From assembly GCA_050115495.1 (NCBI GenBank), contig JASFQK010000003.1, positions 148,259-212,258 of the forward strand: a DNA stretch of 64,000 nt, read 5' to 3'. Source of the stretch: Phycisphaerae bacterium (lineage in GTDB: Bacteria > Planctomycetota > Phycisphaerae > UBA1845 > Fen-1342). Positions 49,130 to 59,449 of the stretch are shown one piece after another. Under the pieces are notes generated by a model. It was not told the origin of the DNA, ran no database searches, and saw only the letters and a program-made list of their open reading frames with translations. Both the position numbers and the translations under genes were made by a program. Every line of letters begins with the position of its first letter. Within the stretch, counting starts at the first letter, position 1.

Positions 49130-52100
49130 ATGTCCCCTACGCTCGGACGCACCCTTCGCCTGCTACCCGTCCTGCTGGTGCTGCTGCTGACCTCCTGGCC
49201 CGTGGCGGCCCAGACCGTCGAACAGACGCTCGTTGACCTTCAGGAACAAGGCGAGCGCGAGGGCTGGACCTTCACCACCGGCCCGTCGGAGGCCAGCTTC
49301 CGCACGCTGGATGAGCTCTGCGGCTTCGTGCCTCTGCTCGACCCGCCGCCCGGCGGTGAGCCCCGGCTGCACACGCCGCCGCTCGGTCTGCCCGCAGCGT
49401 ACGACTGGCGCAACGAGGGTGGCATGACGGCCATTCGCGACCAGGGCTCGTGCGGCAGTTGCTGGGCGTTCGCCACCGTGGCTCCGCTCGAATCGGCGAT
49501 CCTCATCCGCGATGGGGTGACGGTCGACCTGTCCGAGCAGTGGTTGGTGAGCTGCAACAACGACGGCTACGGCTGCACCGATGGCGGCTGGTTCGCCCAC
49601 GATTATCACCAGTGGAAGACGGACGACTGCGACGGGACCGGGGCGGTGCTCGAAGCGGACTTCCCCTACGTCGCCTCCAACGCGCCGTGCAGCTGTCCGT
49701 ACAACCACCCTTACGAGATCGCCAACTGGGCCTACGTGGGCCCCACCACGGACGTGGCAGCCATCGACGACATTAAGGCGGCCATTCTCGAATACGGGCC
49801 CGTCTCTGTGGCGGTCTACGTGGACACCGCGTTCCAGAACTACTCGGGCGGCGTGTACAACTCGTGCCCGGATCCGGTGCCGGCCCCGAACCACGCCGTC
49901 GTGCTGGTGGGCTGGGACGACACGCAGGGTACGAGCGGCGTGTGGATTCTGCGGAACTCGTGGGGTACGAGCTGGGGTGACGCAGGCTACATGTACATCG
50001 AGTACGGCTGCTCGAACGTCGGGTATGCCGCCTGTTACATCGAGTACGAGGGCGCCAACGCCGGGTTGATCGAGGTCACGCCGACGGAGATGAACCTCGG
50101 CACGGTCGCGGCGGGCAGCTCGACGACGCAGACGTTTACGATCCGCAATATCGGCAGCACGACGGCCAACGGCAACGCCGCGGGTCTGATGCCGCCGTTC
50201 AGTTTCGCCGACAGCGCGTCGTACACGCTGGCGGTGGGTGAATCGCAGAACATCACGGTTCGATTCGCACCGACGGCGGCGGGCGACTTCACGGATGCGG
50301 TCCTCTTCGCCGCGGGCACGCCAGTGCTGGCCACGGTTAGTGGTACGGCCACCGGCGGGACGCCGACGGATAGCCGCGGCAGTGCGCCGCTCGTCAGCGA
50401 TGGGACGTACACCGGCACGAACATGGGGGCGACCACCGACGGGAGCAGCACGTGCGGCGGCGAGGCGGACGTGTGGTGGCGCTTCAAGGCCCCGCATACC
50501 GGCGCGACCGAGATCGACACGTGCGGCAGTGATTTTGACACCGTGCTGAGCGTGCACGGGGTCGTCGGTGGGATTCAGCTCGCCTGTAACGATGACTACG
50601 CCGGCTGCGCTACCAATCCGGGCGGCTCGCGCGTGGCGTTCAACGTCATCGCCGGCGCGCAGTATCTCGTTCGCGTCGCCGGCCGGAGCGGGGCGACGGG
50701 CAACATCGTCCTCAGTATCGAGACGACGGGCTTGCCGCGGACGATCTCCGGCATGGTGACGACCAACAACGGCTTCCCGGTCGCGGGCGTGACGCTCGCC
50801 GGCCTGCCCGGTAGCCCGGTGACCAACAGTTACGGACAGTATTCCGTCGAGGTGCCGGACGGCTTCACCGGCGTCGGCACGCCGACGCGTGCGGGCGTTA
50901 CCTTCAGCCCGGCGTCGCGCACGTACGTTGATTTGGCCGATGACAGCACGAGTCAGGACTACACCACCGCGAGCGGGACGTACACCATCAGCGGGCAGGT
51001 GCTCGACGGTAGCAGTGATCCGGTCGCGGGCGTGCGTCTCAACGGTTTGCCCGGTACGCCGGTCACCGGCTCGACGGGCACGTACTCGGCGACGGTGGCC
51101 GCCGGTTTCACCGGCACGGTCACACCCTCGCGCAATGCCACCGACTTCGCGCCCACCAGTCGTGGCTATACCAACGTTGTGGCCAACCAGGCGAACCAGG
51201 ATTACACGGCGACGAGGCACACCGGCGGGTTGCGCGTGAACCTCGGGCCGGCCGATGCGGTGACCGCCGGCGCGCTGTGGTGTGTCGACGGCGGGGCCTG
51301 GTACGACAGCGGCGAGACGGCGACGGGAGTGGACGTCGGGCAGCACGCGATCAGTTTCGCTTCCGTGATTGGCTGGACCGCCCCCCTGCCCCACGTGGTG
51401 ACCGTCCAGGAGAACGTGACGTCGGCGTTCGACGCGACGTACGTGCAGTACTACTACGCGCTGACGCTGACCGCGGACCCGGAGGACACGGGCACGATCG
51501 TGGCCACCACGGCGCCCGATGACGGTGATTACTACCTCCAGGACACGGAGGTGGCGATGACGGCGGCGCCGGCACCTGGTTATCGCGTTCGTGCGTGGCA
51601 CTCGGCCGACGTGGCTCCCGCTGCTGGCGTAACGACCAACACGGTCACGATGACCAGTGATCGCACGGTGACGGTCGAGTTCGAGCCGCAGCCGTTCCAC
51701 CACTACATCCTGACCGCGACGGTGGCCGGTGGCGAAGGGACGGTCTCGCCGGCACGCGGGGCGTATCGAGCCGGACAGCCGGTGACGGTGACGGCCACGC
51801 CGGCGGCCGGCTATGAGGTCTCGGCCTGGAGCGGCACGGACGACGACGCGTCCACCGCCACGACCAATACCGTCACGATGCTGACGTCGCAGGACGTGAC
51901 CGTGACATTCGCGCTCAGCGGGTCGACGGCGCAGGTGGTCGAGCCGCCGACGGGCATGGTCTGGACGCCCGCGGAAGAGATGCCGGCGGACGAGACCGAG
52001 CCGCCGATCGAGGAAGAGATCGACGAGGACGAGCTGGCCGTGCTCCAGTCCGCACCGGGGCTGGGCGTGTGCGGTCTGGGTGTGGTCGAAATGATGATGG

Positions 52101-52156
52101 TCTCGCTGCTTGGGCTGGCTGCGCTGCGCTGGAGTGCCGGCGGTCGCGGCCGCTGA
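49130..52156 (+). CDS. Papain-family (C1A) cysteine protease with Ig-like and InlB-B-like repeats, C-terminal TM tail
   Basis: DQGSCGSCWAF, NHAVVLVGW, WILRNSWG; AAGGAG RBS; ends CGLG-hydrophobic-RGR. Confidence 0.92.
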   Translation: MSPTLGRTLRLLPVLLVLLLTSWPVAAQTVEQTLVDLQEQGEREGWTFTTGPSEASFRTLDELCGFVPLLDPPPGGEPRLHTPPLGLPAAYDWRNEGGMTAIRDQGSCGSCWAFATVAPLESAILIRDGVTVDLSEQWLVSCNNDGYGCTDGGWFAHDYHQWKTDDCDGTGAVLEADFPYVASNAPCSCPYNHPYEIANWAYVGPTTDVAAIDDIKAAILEYGPVSVAVYVDTAFQNYSGGVYNSCPDPVPAPNHAVVLVGWDDTQGTSGVWILRNSWGTSWGDAGYMYIEYGCSNVGYAACYIEYEGANAGLIEVTPTEMNLGTVAAGSSTTQTFTIRNIGSTTANGNAAGLMPPFSFADSASYTLAVGESQNITVRFAPTAAGDFTDAVLFAAGTPVLATVSGTATGGTPTDSRGSAPLVSDGTYTGTNMGATTDGSSTCGGEADVWWRFKAPHTGATEIDTCGSDFDTVLSVHGVVGGIQLACNDDYAGCATNPGGSRVAFNVIAGAQYLVRVAGRSGATGNIVLSIETTGLPRTISGMVTTNNGFPVAGVTLAGLPGSPVTNSYGQYSVEVPDGFTGVGTPTRAGVTFSPASRTYVDLADDSTSQDYTTASGTYTISGQVLDGSSDPVAGVRLNGLPGTPVTGSTGTYSATVAAGFTGTVTPSRNATDFAPTSRGYTNVVANQANQDYTATRHTGGLRVNLGPADAVTAGALWCVDGGAWYDSGETATGVDVGQHAISFASVIGWTAPLPHVVTVQENVTSAFDATYVQYYYALTLTADPEDTGTIVATTAPDDGDYYLQDTEVAMTAAPAPGYRVRAWHSADVAPAAGVTTNTVTMTSDRTVTVEFEPQPFHHYILTATVAGGEGTVSPARGAYRAGQPVTVTATPAAGYEVSAWSGTDDDASTATTNTVTMLTSQDVTVTFALSGSTAQVVEPPTGMVWTPAEEMPADETEPPIEEEIDEDELAVLQSAPGLGVCGLGVVEMMMVSLLGLAALRWSAGGRGR

Positions 52157-52226
52157 GGCGAGGGGTTGAGGCGGACATCGCCGCGGAGGTAGTACTGCCG
52201 TGCGCACAGAAACCGGAGGCGAGAAC

Positions 52227-55200
52227 GTGGCGGGGCGCGCCCGCCGTCTAATCTGCCGCGCAGCGTGGTTCGTCGCGGCGGTCCTTATCCTGGCGGCAGT
52301 GCCACCGACCGCGTGGGGGCAAGCCGGCGAAGAGGTTGAGGCGCTGCTCCTGCGCGCTGAGACCGAGGGCTGGACGTTCACCGTCGACGAGTCGGCGGCT
52401 GGCGGACGCACGCTCGACGAGTTGTGCAGTCTCGTGGAGCCGGACGGCTGGTGGGTCGGGGCGCCGTTTGACGCCGGCAACGGTCGGCTGGGTTTGCCCA
52501 CCTCGTTCGATTGGCGGGCGCTGGGTGGCTGCACGCCTATTCGCGATCAGGGCGCCTGCGGAAGCTGCTGGGCGTTCGGCACGGTCGGGCCGCTGGAATG
52601 CAATATCCTGATTCGCGACGGCGACACGGTCGACCTCTCCGAGCAGTGGCTCGTAAGCTGCAACCGCGAAGGGTACGGTTGCGGCGGCGGCTGGTGGGTG
52701 CACCAGTATCACCAGAGCACGACCGATTCGTGTGGCGGGACGGGAGCCGTGCTCGAATCGGCGTTCCCGTATACCGCGCAGGATAGCCCCTGCGGATGCC
52801 CGTACGCTCATCCGTACGTCATCGACGGGTGGGCTTATATCGGCACGAGCTACGGCATTCCGTCCACGGACGCCATCAAGCAGGCCATCATGACGTACGG
52901 GCCGGTCTCGGTCGCGATTCGCGTCAACAGCGCGTTTCAGTATTACTCCGGCGGTGTGTTCAACTCCTCCGCCACCGGTTCGGTCAACCACGGTGTGGTG
53001 CTGGTCGGCTGGGATGACGACCTGGGCACGAACGGTGTGTGGATTCTGCGGAATTCGTGGGGGCCGGGCTGGGGCGATGCGGGCTACATGTACATCGAGT
53101 ACGGCTGCTCGAGCATCGGCTATGCGGCCTGCTACGTGGATTATCCGGGCGTGGGCGGTCCGCGCATCGAGGTCACGCCGAGCACGCTGAACCTCGGCAG
53201 CGTCAACGTCGGCTCGGACACGACGGGCACGGTGAGTATCAAGAACGTTGGCGGTGAGGCGCTGACCGGCAGCGCGGCCGGGCTCAATACGCCGTTCAGT
53301 ATCGACGGCAGCGCTGATTACAGCCTCGCGCCGGGTGCGACGCAGGTGATGACCATCCGCTTCGCGCCGACGCTCCAGGGCTCGTACAGCGATACGATCG
53401 TCTTCTCCGGCGGCGGTGGCGATACGGTCACCGTGTCGGGCATCGGTACGGGCAGCGGACCGGCCGATAACTGCGCCGCGGCGCCGGCCATTAGCGACGG
53501 CACGTTCACCGGCAGCAACGACGGGGCCGGTACGAGCATCGCCGCCGGTTGTGGCGGTGGCGGGTCGGCGGATGTGTGGTGGCGTTACCAGGTGCCGCGG
53601 GACGGTGTGCTCGTGGCGGACACGTGCGGCAGCGATTTCGACACCGTTCTCAGTCTCTATGATGCCTGCGGCGGCAATGAGCTGGCGTGCAACGATGATG
53701 ATGCGAGTTGCGCGCCGGGTTCGCTCGTCGAGCTGGCGGTCACTACCGGCGACGTCGTGTACGTGCGCGTGGCCCGCGTGGGTGTGCTTCAGGCGGGGCA
53801 CACCAACGTGCAGCTTAACATCGAGACGACCGCCCCACCGCGGACGATTTCGGGTCGGGTGACCACCGCCGGCGCGACGCCAGTTGCGGGTGTGACGCTG
53901 ACCGGTCTCACTGGCGAGCCGGTTACCGACGTCAACGGCGATTACACGGCGACGGTGCCGTACAGCTTCACGGGTACGGCGCGGCCGTCGAAGACGGCGT
54001 ACACGTTCGCGCCGACCAGTCGCACGTATACCGATGTTACAAATAACCTGACCGGGCAGGATTACGTGGCCATTCCGCCGACGTTCGTCATCGCCGGCCG
54101 GATCACGGATCAGGCGAATAATCCTGTCACGGGCGTGCTGCTGAGTGGTTTGCCGGGCAACCCGTTGACGAACTCGTCGGGCGTGTACCAGACGTCGGTC
54201 GATCTCGGTTTCAGCGGGACGGTCACGCCGGTGAAGGCGGGCTGTACGTTCACGCCGTCCAGTCGCACGTACGCGAACGTGTCGGCCGATCGGGTCGAGG
54301 AGGACTACGACGGGACGCAGCCGGTGGGCACGCTGCGGGTGAATATCGAACCAGCCGCGGCGCGCGATGCCGGCGCGCTGTGGTGCGTCGACGAAGGATC
54401 GTGGCAGGCGAGCGGGACGGCGCTGATCAACGTGCCGGCGGGGGCGCACACGGTGAGCTACCACGCGGTGACGGGCTGGACGGAGCCGCTGACCGACGTG
54501 GTCGTGATCACGGGCGGGGCGACGACGACGCTCAGCCGCACGTACACGCAGAGCAACTACGAGCTGATGCTGGTTCCTTCGCCGGCCAATGCCGGGACGA
54601 TCACGCCGGCGCCGCTGCCGAGCAACGGCGACACGTACTTGCAGGATACGGTGGTGACGCTGACCGCCACGCCGGCGCCGGGGTATCGTGTGGCGTGGTG
54701 GAGCGGTGCGGATCTGGAGCCGGCTTCGGGCAGTCTGAGCAACACGGTGACCGTCGATCGCACGCGCACCGTCGTGGTGCAGTTCGAGGTCATGCCGTTC
54801 AGCAGCTTTCAACTGGTCGGCCGCGTCGCGCGGGGCGAGGGCTGGATCAGTCCGACGCACGGGGCGTATGCCGCGGGGTCGGTGGTCGAGCTGGTGGCCA
54901 CGCCGGGGGCGGGATTCGTGATGGGCGGCTGGTCCGGGACGGACGATGACGACTCGCTCGACGAGCGCAACACGGTGACCATGAACGGCCACCGCTCGGT
55001 GAGCGTGACGTTCGTGCCGTGGGTGGACTGCAACGAGAACGGCGTCGCCGACGCGCTCGATATCACGCTGGGGTTGCGCAGCGACTGCAACGCCAACGAT
55101 ATCCCCGACGATTGTGAGCCGGACACCGACGGCGACGGCATCATCGACGACTGCGAGGGCGACGACGGCCTGGATCCTGTGCAGGGTATTGGCGCTCCGG

Positions 55201-55292
55201 TCGGCGGCGGCAGTTGCGGGTTCGGAGCGATGTCGACGTTGGCGCTGACGCTGGCCGGGCTCGGCGTGGTCCGCTTGCGCCGGCGCGGCTAG
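52227..55292 (+). CDS. Papain-family (C1A) cysteine protease paralog
   Basis: DQGACGSCWAF, NHGVVLVGW, WILRNSWG; DCNENG/DCNANDIPDDC repeats; ends CGFG-hydrophobic-RRRG. Confidence 0.92.
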   Translation: MAGRARRLICRAAWFVAAVLILAAVPPTAWGQAGEEVEALLLRAETEGWTFTVDESAAGGRTLDELCSLVEPDGWWVGAPFDAGNGRLGLPTSFDWRALGGCTPIRDQGACGSCWAFGTVGPLECNILIRDGDTVDLSEQWLVSCNREGYGCGGGWWVHQYHQSTTDSCGGTGAVLESAFPYTAQDSPCGCPYAHPYVIDGWAYIGTSYGIPSTDAIKQAIMTYGPVSVAIRVNSAFQYYSGGVFNSSATGSVNHGVVLVGWDDDLGTNGVWILRNSWGPGWGDAGYMYIEYGCSSIGYAACYVDYPGVGGPRIEVTPSTLNLGSVNVGSDTTGTVSIKNVGGEALTGSAAGLNTPFSIDGSADYSLAPGATQVMTIRFAPTLQGSYSDTIVFSGGGGDTVTVSGIGTGSGPADNCAAAPAISDGTFTGSNDGAGTSIAAGCGGGGSADVWWRYQVPRDGVLVADTCGSDFDTVLSLYDACGGNELACNDDDASCAPGSLVELAVTTGDVVYVRVARVGVLQAGHTNVQLNIETTAPPRTISGRVTTAGATPVAGVTLTGLTGEPVTDVNGDYTATVPYSFTGTARPSKTAYTFAPTSRTYTDVTNNLTGQDYVAIPPTFVIAGRITDQANNPVTGVLLSGLPGNPLTNSSGVYQTSVDLGFSGTVTPVKAGCTFTPSSRTYANVSADRVEEDYDGTQPVGTLRVNIEPAAARDAGALWCVDEGSWQASGTALINVPAGAHTVSYHAVTGWTEPLTDVVVITGGATTTLSRTYTQSNYELMLVPSPANAGTITPAPLPSNGDTYLQDTVVTLTATPAPGYRVAWWSGADLEPASGSLSNTVTVDRTRTVVVQFEVMPFSSFQLVGRVARGEGWISPTHGAYAAGSVVELVATPGAGFVMGGWSGTDDDDSLDERNTVTMNGHRSVSVTFVPWVDCNENGVADALDITLGLRSDCNANDIPDDCEPDTDGDGIIDDCEGDDGLDPVQGIGAPVGGGSCGFGAMSTLALTLAGLGVVRLRRRG

Positions 55293-56092
55293 ACCAACTC
55301 GATTCCGCCGCCGTGGAGCAGGTCGCCGATGCGCGGGGCGACGAGCTGCGGGCGCTCGCCGGCGGGCAAGCTGTCGGTGATGGCGGGGTCGTGGTACTTG
55401 CCGGAGAGTACGAGGGCGGCGGCCATGCCCATCCGACGGGCGCCGGCCAGGTCGGAGAGCGGGTCGTCGGAGATGACGATGACGTCGGCGGGCGGCAGGC
55501 CGAGGTCGTCGAGGGCCTGCTGGTAGTAGGCTGGGTCGGGCTTGCCGATGACGATGGCGTCGGCGCCGGTGGCGTACTCGATGGCGGCGACGATCGAGCC
55601 GACGCTGGGGGCGACGCGACCGCTGGGATCGGCCAGAACGCGGTTCTTGTGCAGGGCGACGAGCGCTGCCCGGTGCGTGACGATCGCTTCGCAAGCCACG
55701 GCCAGCCGCTCGTAGATCAACGCCCGGTCCAACCCCACCACCACGGCGTCCACCCGGCTGTCATCCGCCACCGTGAAACCCGCCTCGGCGAACACGCCGC
55801 GCAGGGCGTTCGTGCCCAGCACGAGCAGGCGGTGGGCGGACAGCTCACCCAGCCGCCGAATCGCCGCCGAGATGCAGGTGTGCAGTTCTTCGAGGCGGAA
55901 GTCGAAGCCGGCGGCGGTGAGCTTCTGGATGATTGCCGGCCGGTCATCGGTCGTGTTGTTCGTGATAAGGCGCAGCGGGCAGCCGGCGGCCCGGGCCGCG
56001 GCGACGAATTCGACGGCGGTCTCCACCGCGGTGTACCGCTTGTCCGCCACCAGCACTCCCTCGACGTCGAGCAGCAATCCGCGAACCTTCAT
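55289..56092 (-). CDS. HAD-IIA family hydrolase
   Basis: LLDVEGVL, ITNNT, IGKP, ISDDPLSD, LVLSGKY. Confidence 0.9.
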   Translation of the reverse strand: MKVRGLLLDVEGVLVADKRYTAVETAVEFVAAARAAGCPLRLITNNTTDDRPAIIQKLTAAGFDFRLEELHTCISAAIRRLGELSAHRLLVLGTNALRGVFAEAGFTVADDSRVDAVVVGLDRALIYERLAVACEAIVTHRAALVALHKNRVLADPSGRVAPSVGSIVAAIEYATGADAIVIGKPDPAYYQQALDDLGLPPADVIVISDDPLSDLAGARRMGMAAALVLSGKYHDPAITDSLPAGERPQLVAPRIGDLLHGGGIELV

Positions 56093-56180
56093 GGTCCTCA
56101 CTCCCTGTGGGGTCAGCGCAGAAAATCACGCCGCCACAGAGTACGCTATGGACCCTTGTCACGCGACCCGAGGAGTTCGT

Positions 56181-57632
56181 ATGCACCCCCTGCTCGACGC
56201 TTTCGAACGTTCGGTGGAACAACGTCCGCAGCGTACCGCCGTCGCCGACCAGAGCCTCGTCCTGGAATACCGCGGTCTGCGTGCCGCCGCGTGCGGTTTG
56301 GCCCGGCAGGTCCAGCAGCAGACGCAGCGGACGCAGGTGGGGATTCTCGCGCCGAGCTCCGCCGCCGGCGCCGCGGCGATTCTGGCCTGCTGGTACGCGG
56401 GGCGGGTGCCGGTGCCGCTGAACTTCCTGCTGAGTCCGGCGGAGCTGGCCCGGGTCGTCGAGAACGCCGAGATCGACGTGGTGCTGACGGTGCCGCCGTT
56501 CGTGCCGGCGGCCGAGGCGGCGGGGTTGCGACCGCTGGTGCTGAGCGCCACGACGCTGGCGCCGGACGACCTGGCCACGCCACAGGGGCTGGGCGGTGAC
56601 GATGCTGTCATCCTGTACACGTCGGGGACTTCGGGGGCGCCGAAGGGCGTCTGCCTGACCTTCGACAACCTGGTGCGCAACGCGGAGGCGTGCATCGCGC
56701 ATTCCCGAATCGAGCCCGATTGCGTGTGGCTGAGCCTGCTGCCGCAGTTCCACGCATTCGGCCTGACGTCGCTGACGGTGACGCCGCTGCTGCTGGGTGT
56801 GACGGTGCATTACCTGCCGCGGTTCAGCCCGGTGGCGGTTGCCGCCTTGGTGGCCGAGAAGCAGGTCAACGTGCTCATCGCCGTCCCGAGCATGTTCGCG
56901 GCGATCACGAACCTGAAGGACATGTTGGCGGAAACGTTCCGCTCGCTGACGTACACGGTCAGCGGCGGCGAACCGCTGCCGGAGCGCGTGTTCAACGCGT
57001 TTCGCGAGCGGTTCGGCGTGACGCTGTACGAAGGCTACGGCATGACCGAGCTGTCGCCGGTGGTGACGCTGAATACGCCCTGGGGGCATCGGCGGGGCTC
57101 GGTGGGCCAGCCGCTGCCGGGCGTGAACGTCACGGCGGTCGACTCGACGGGCGCTCCCCTGCCGGCCGGCGAGATCGGTGAGCTGGTCGTGCGCGGGCAC
57201 TGCGTGATGCGCGGGTACTTCCACCAGCCGGCGCTCACCGTCGCCACGATCCGCGACGGTGGGCTGTGGACCGGCGATCTCGGCCGTGTCGACGCCGACG
57301 GCTTCGTGTACATCACCGGGCGGGCGAAGGACATGATCATCGTCGGCGGCGAGAACGTGTATCCGAGCGAGATCGAACAGGTGCTCGCGCAGCATCCAGC
57401 CGTGCGCGAAGCCGCCGTGATCGGCGTGCACGATGCGGTGCGTGGTGAGTTACCGGCCGCGTTCGTGGTGCTCCAGGAGGGCGCCGCGACCGCCGAGGCG
57501 GAATTGCGGGCTTTCTGCCGCGATCGTCTGGCGGGCTACAAGACGCCGCGCTGGGTGCAGATTGTCCGAGACCTGCCGCGCAGCCCGACGGGCAAGCTGC
57601 TGAAGGGGGCGCTTACACTCGAACCGGGCTAG
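56181..57632 (+). CDS. AMP-binding acyl-CoA synthetase
   Basis: YTSGTSGAPKG, EGYGMTE, TGDLG, GENVYP, PTGKL; AGGAG RBS. Confidence 0.93.
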   Translation: MHPLLDAFERSVEQRPQRTAVADQSLVLEYRGLRAAACGLARQVQQQTQRTQVGILAPSSAAGAAAILACWYAGRVPVPLNFLLSPAELARVVENAEIDVVLTVPPFVPAAEAAGLRPLVLSATTLAPDDLATPQGLGGDDAVILYTSGTSGAPKGVCLTFDNLVRNAEACIAHSRIEPDCVWLSLLPQFHAFGLTSLTVTPLLLGVTVHYLPRFSPVAVAALVAEKQVNVLIAVPSMFAAITNLKDMLAETFRSLTYTVSGGEPLPERVFNAFRERFGVTLYEGYGMTELSPVVTLNTPWGHRRGSVGQPLPGVNVTAVDSTGAPLPAGEIGELVVRGHCVMRGYFHQPALTVATIRDGGLWTGDLGRVDADGFVYITGRAKDMIIVGGENVYPSEIEQVLAQHPAVREAAVIGVHDAVRGELPAAFVVLQEGAATAEAELRAFCRDRLAGYKTPRWVQIVRDLPRSPTGKLLKGALTLEPG

Positions 57633-58011
57633 CGGGCCGGGTCAGCGTGTGGCCGACCGCCGTGTCGAGCACGACGCCGACGTCGAGATGATCCTCGTCT
57701 TCGCCGAGGCGCACCTGCGTTCGCACAACGGTCGCCCAGCGGCGGCCGATGAGGCCGAATCCCTCAGGCGGTTGGTGGCCCGGCAGATGCGAGCACAGCT
57801 CATAGCGCTGGCCCTCGGCAATGCCATAGCCGAGCGGGACCCGCAGGCGCAGCCCGTTGTGGGAGGACTCCACGCATTGACACTTCAGGACGGTCGAGCC
57901 GTGATGGTCGACGATCCATAGGGAACCGGCGACGGCGTTTCGGGGCTCGGTCCGTCGCTCCGGCGCGACTGGCGTGGCCACAGCACTGGACAGGGTGTTG
58001 CATTCGGTCAT
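57613..58011 (-). CDS. PilZ-like domain protein
   Basis: ERRTEPR, ESSHNGL, ATVVRT; AAAGGAG RBS. Confidence 0.6.
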   Translation of the reverse strand: MTECNTLSSAVATPVAPERRTEPRNAVAGSLWIVDHHGSTVLKCQCVESSHNGLRLRVPLGYGIAEGQRYELCSHLPGHQPPEGFGLIGRRWATVVRTQVRLGEDEDHLDVGVVLDTAVGHTLTRPASPVRV

Positions 58012-58026
58012 GGACGTCACTCCTTT

Positions 58027-58563
58027 TCAGGACCGGGGCCTGCGTTCTTCGGGCGCCGCGCCGTCGCCCGCGCCTCGGTCCACTGCATCGAACCCGAACT
58101 CGCGCATCCACTCATCCGTTGCGCCCGGGCTCAAACCCTGCCTTTTCTCCTCCGGTTCGACCCGACGGGGCAAAGGCCGGGACAGGTCCTGCTCGAGCAG
58201 CGCCCAGAACTCGTCCGAGCGAATCGAGCGGGCCCGGTGCCGCCCGGCCGCCCTGGCAATCTCCCGATCGGAAGACACCACGAGCAGCCGACGCGCCGCC
58301 GAATCCTCGTCCAGCAGATCTATGAGCTCAGCGTCGGCAGTGCGCCGACCGCTGTAAGTAACCTGGATTGCAGAGTTGCCGATCTGTTTAGCCAGACCGC
58401 GGTCCGGCTCGGGACCGTCGAAGACGACGTGTACGCGCTGACCTCGACGACGCGCCCACTCTCCGACCAGGTTGCAAAGGATCGAACGACCCGGCAACGG
58501 GCCGGACATGCGGGCGTCGCGCGCCGCGTACAGGAGGTTGTTACCGTCTATAAGAACCGGCAC
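58027..58563 (-). CDS. NYN/YacP-like PIN-domain protein
   Basis: LIDGNNLL, VVFDG, TADAEL, VVSSDREI. Confidence 0.85.
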   Translation of the reverse strand: MPVLIDGNNLLYAARDARMSGPLPGRSILCNLVGEWARRRGQRVHVVFDGPEPDRGLAKQIGNSAIQVTYSGRRTADAELIDLLDEDSAARRLLVVSSDREIARAAGRHRARSIRSDEFWALLEQDLSRPLPRRVEPEEKRQGLSPGATDEWMREFGFDAVDRGAGDGAAPEERRPRS

Positions 58564-58780
58564 CTCCAATCTCCTTACACTAGAGTACTGTCCGCTTTCA
58601 AAAAGGTCAAAATATGTCCCGGATTTCCGTTCCCCCCTTCGCAGGTAGGCTGGATGCATCATGACACTAATTTATCGGGCAAACTGTCTTCGTGACTTGA
58701 TGCACCCCCTTCTCCCGCTTCCGATCACGCTCCCGAACGCCGACCGCGCCTATCGCCGTTTTCGCTCCGCTTTGCCGTGT

Positions 58781-59437
58781 TTATGACTCGGCGAAGCGCA
58801 CCAGGTCGAGCTCGCGTCCCATCACCATCATTATCTCACCTGGCCGAATCTGCGTGTCGGCAGTGGGCAGGAAGCGGTGCTGCTCCTCCTCCGGTCGCCG
58901 CACCGCCAGGACGAGCAGGTCGTACGACGCGCGCAGGTTCAACTCGGCCAGCGTTTTCCCGGCGAGTGAACGCGGAGCTACCACCTCCATAATTCGGTAA
59001 TCCTCAGCCAGCGGGAACATGTCCACCAATCCGGGGCTGGCGACACGCCGGGCGGTGCGCTCGGCGGCGTCACGCTCCGGGAAGATGATTTCCGTTGCCC
59101 CGACCGCTTTCAGAATCTGGGCGTGGTCGTCGCTGTTCGCCGTCGAGCGGATCACCTCCACGCCGATGCGCCGCAGGTTCAGCGTGCAGAGAATGCTCGG
59201 CTCGATGGTGCGCTGGCCGAGGGCGATAATGGCCTCGTCGAGCCCCGGGTCGACGGCGCCGGCGAGCACCTGGTAGTCGCGGACGTCGCCGATGAGGGCG
59301 CGGTGCACCTCGTCGCGCAGGGCCTGCACGCGGCTCTCGTTGCTGTCGATGACCAGCACTTCGCAGCCCATCTTCACCAGCGTCTGGGCGACGTGCCGTC
59401 CGAAGTGCCCGAGCCCGATCACGCATACCTGCTTCAT
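58781..59437 (-). CDS. ktrA: Potassium uptake regulatory subunit (KtrA/TrkA)
   Basis: VIGLGHFG RCK_N plus RCK_C. Confidence 0.9.
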   Translation of the reverse strand: MKQVCVIGLGHFGRHVAQTLVKMGCEVLVIDSNESRVQALRDEVHRALIGDVRDYQVLAGAVDPGLDEAIIALGQRTIEPSILCTLNLRRIGVEVIRSTANSDDHAQILKAVGATEIIFPERDAAERTARRVASPGLVDMFPLAEDYRIMEVVAPRSLAGKTLAELNLRASYDLLVLAVRRPEEEQHRFLPTADTQIRPGEIMMVMGRELDLVRFAES

Positions 59438-59449
59438 GGGTGGTCCACC

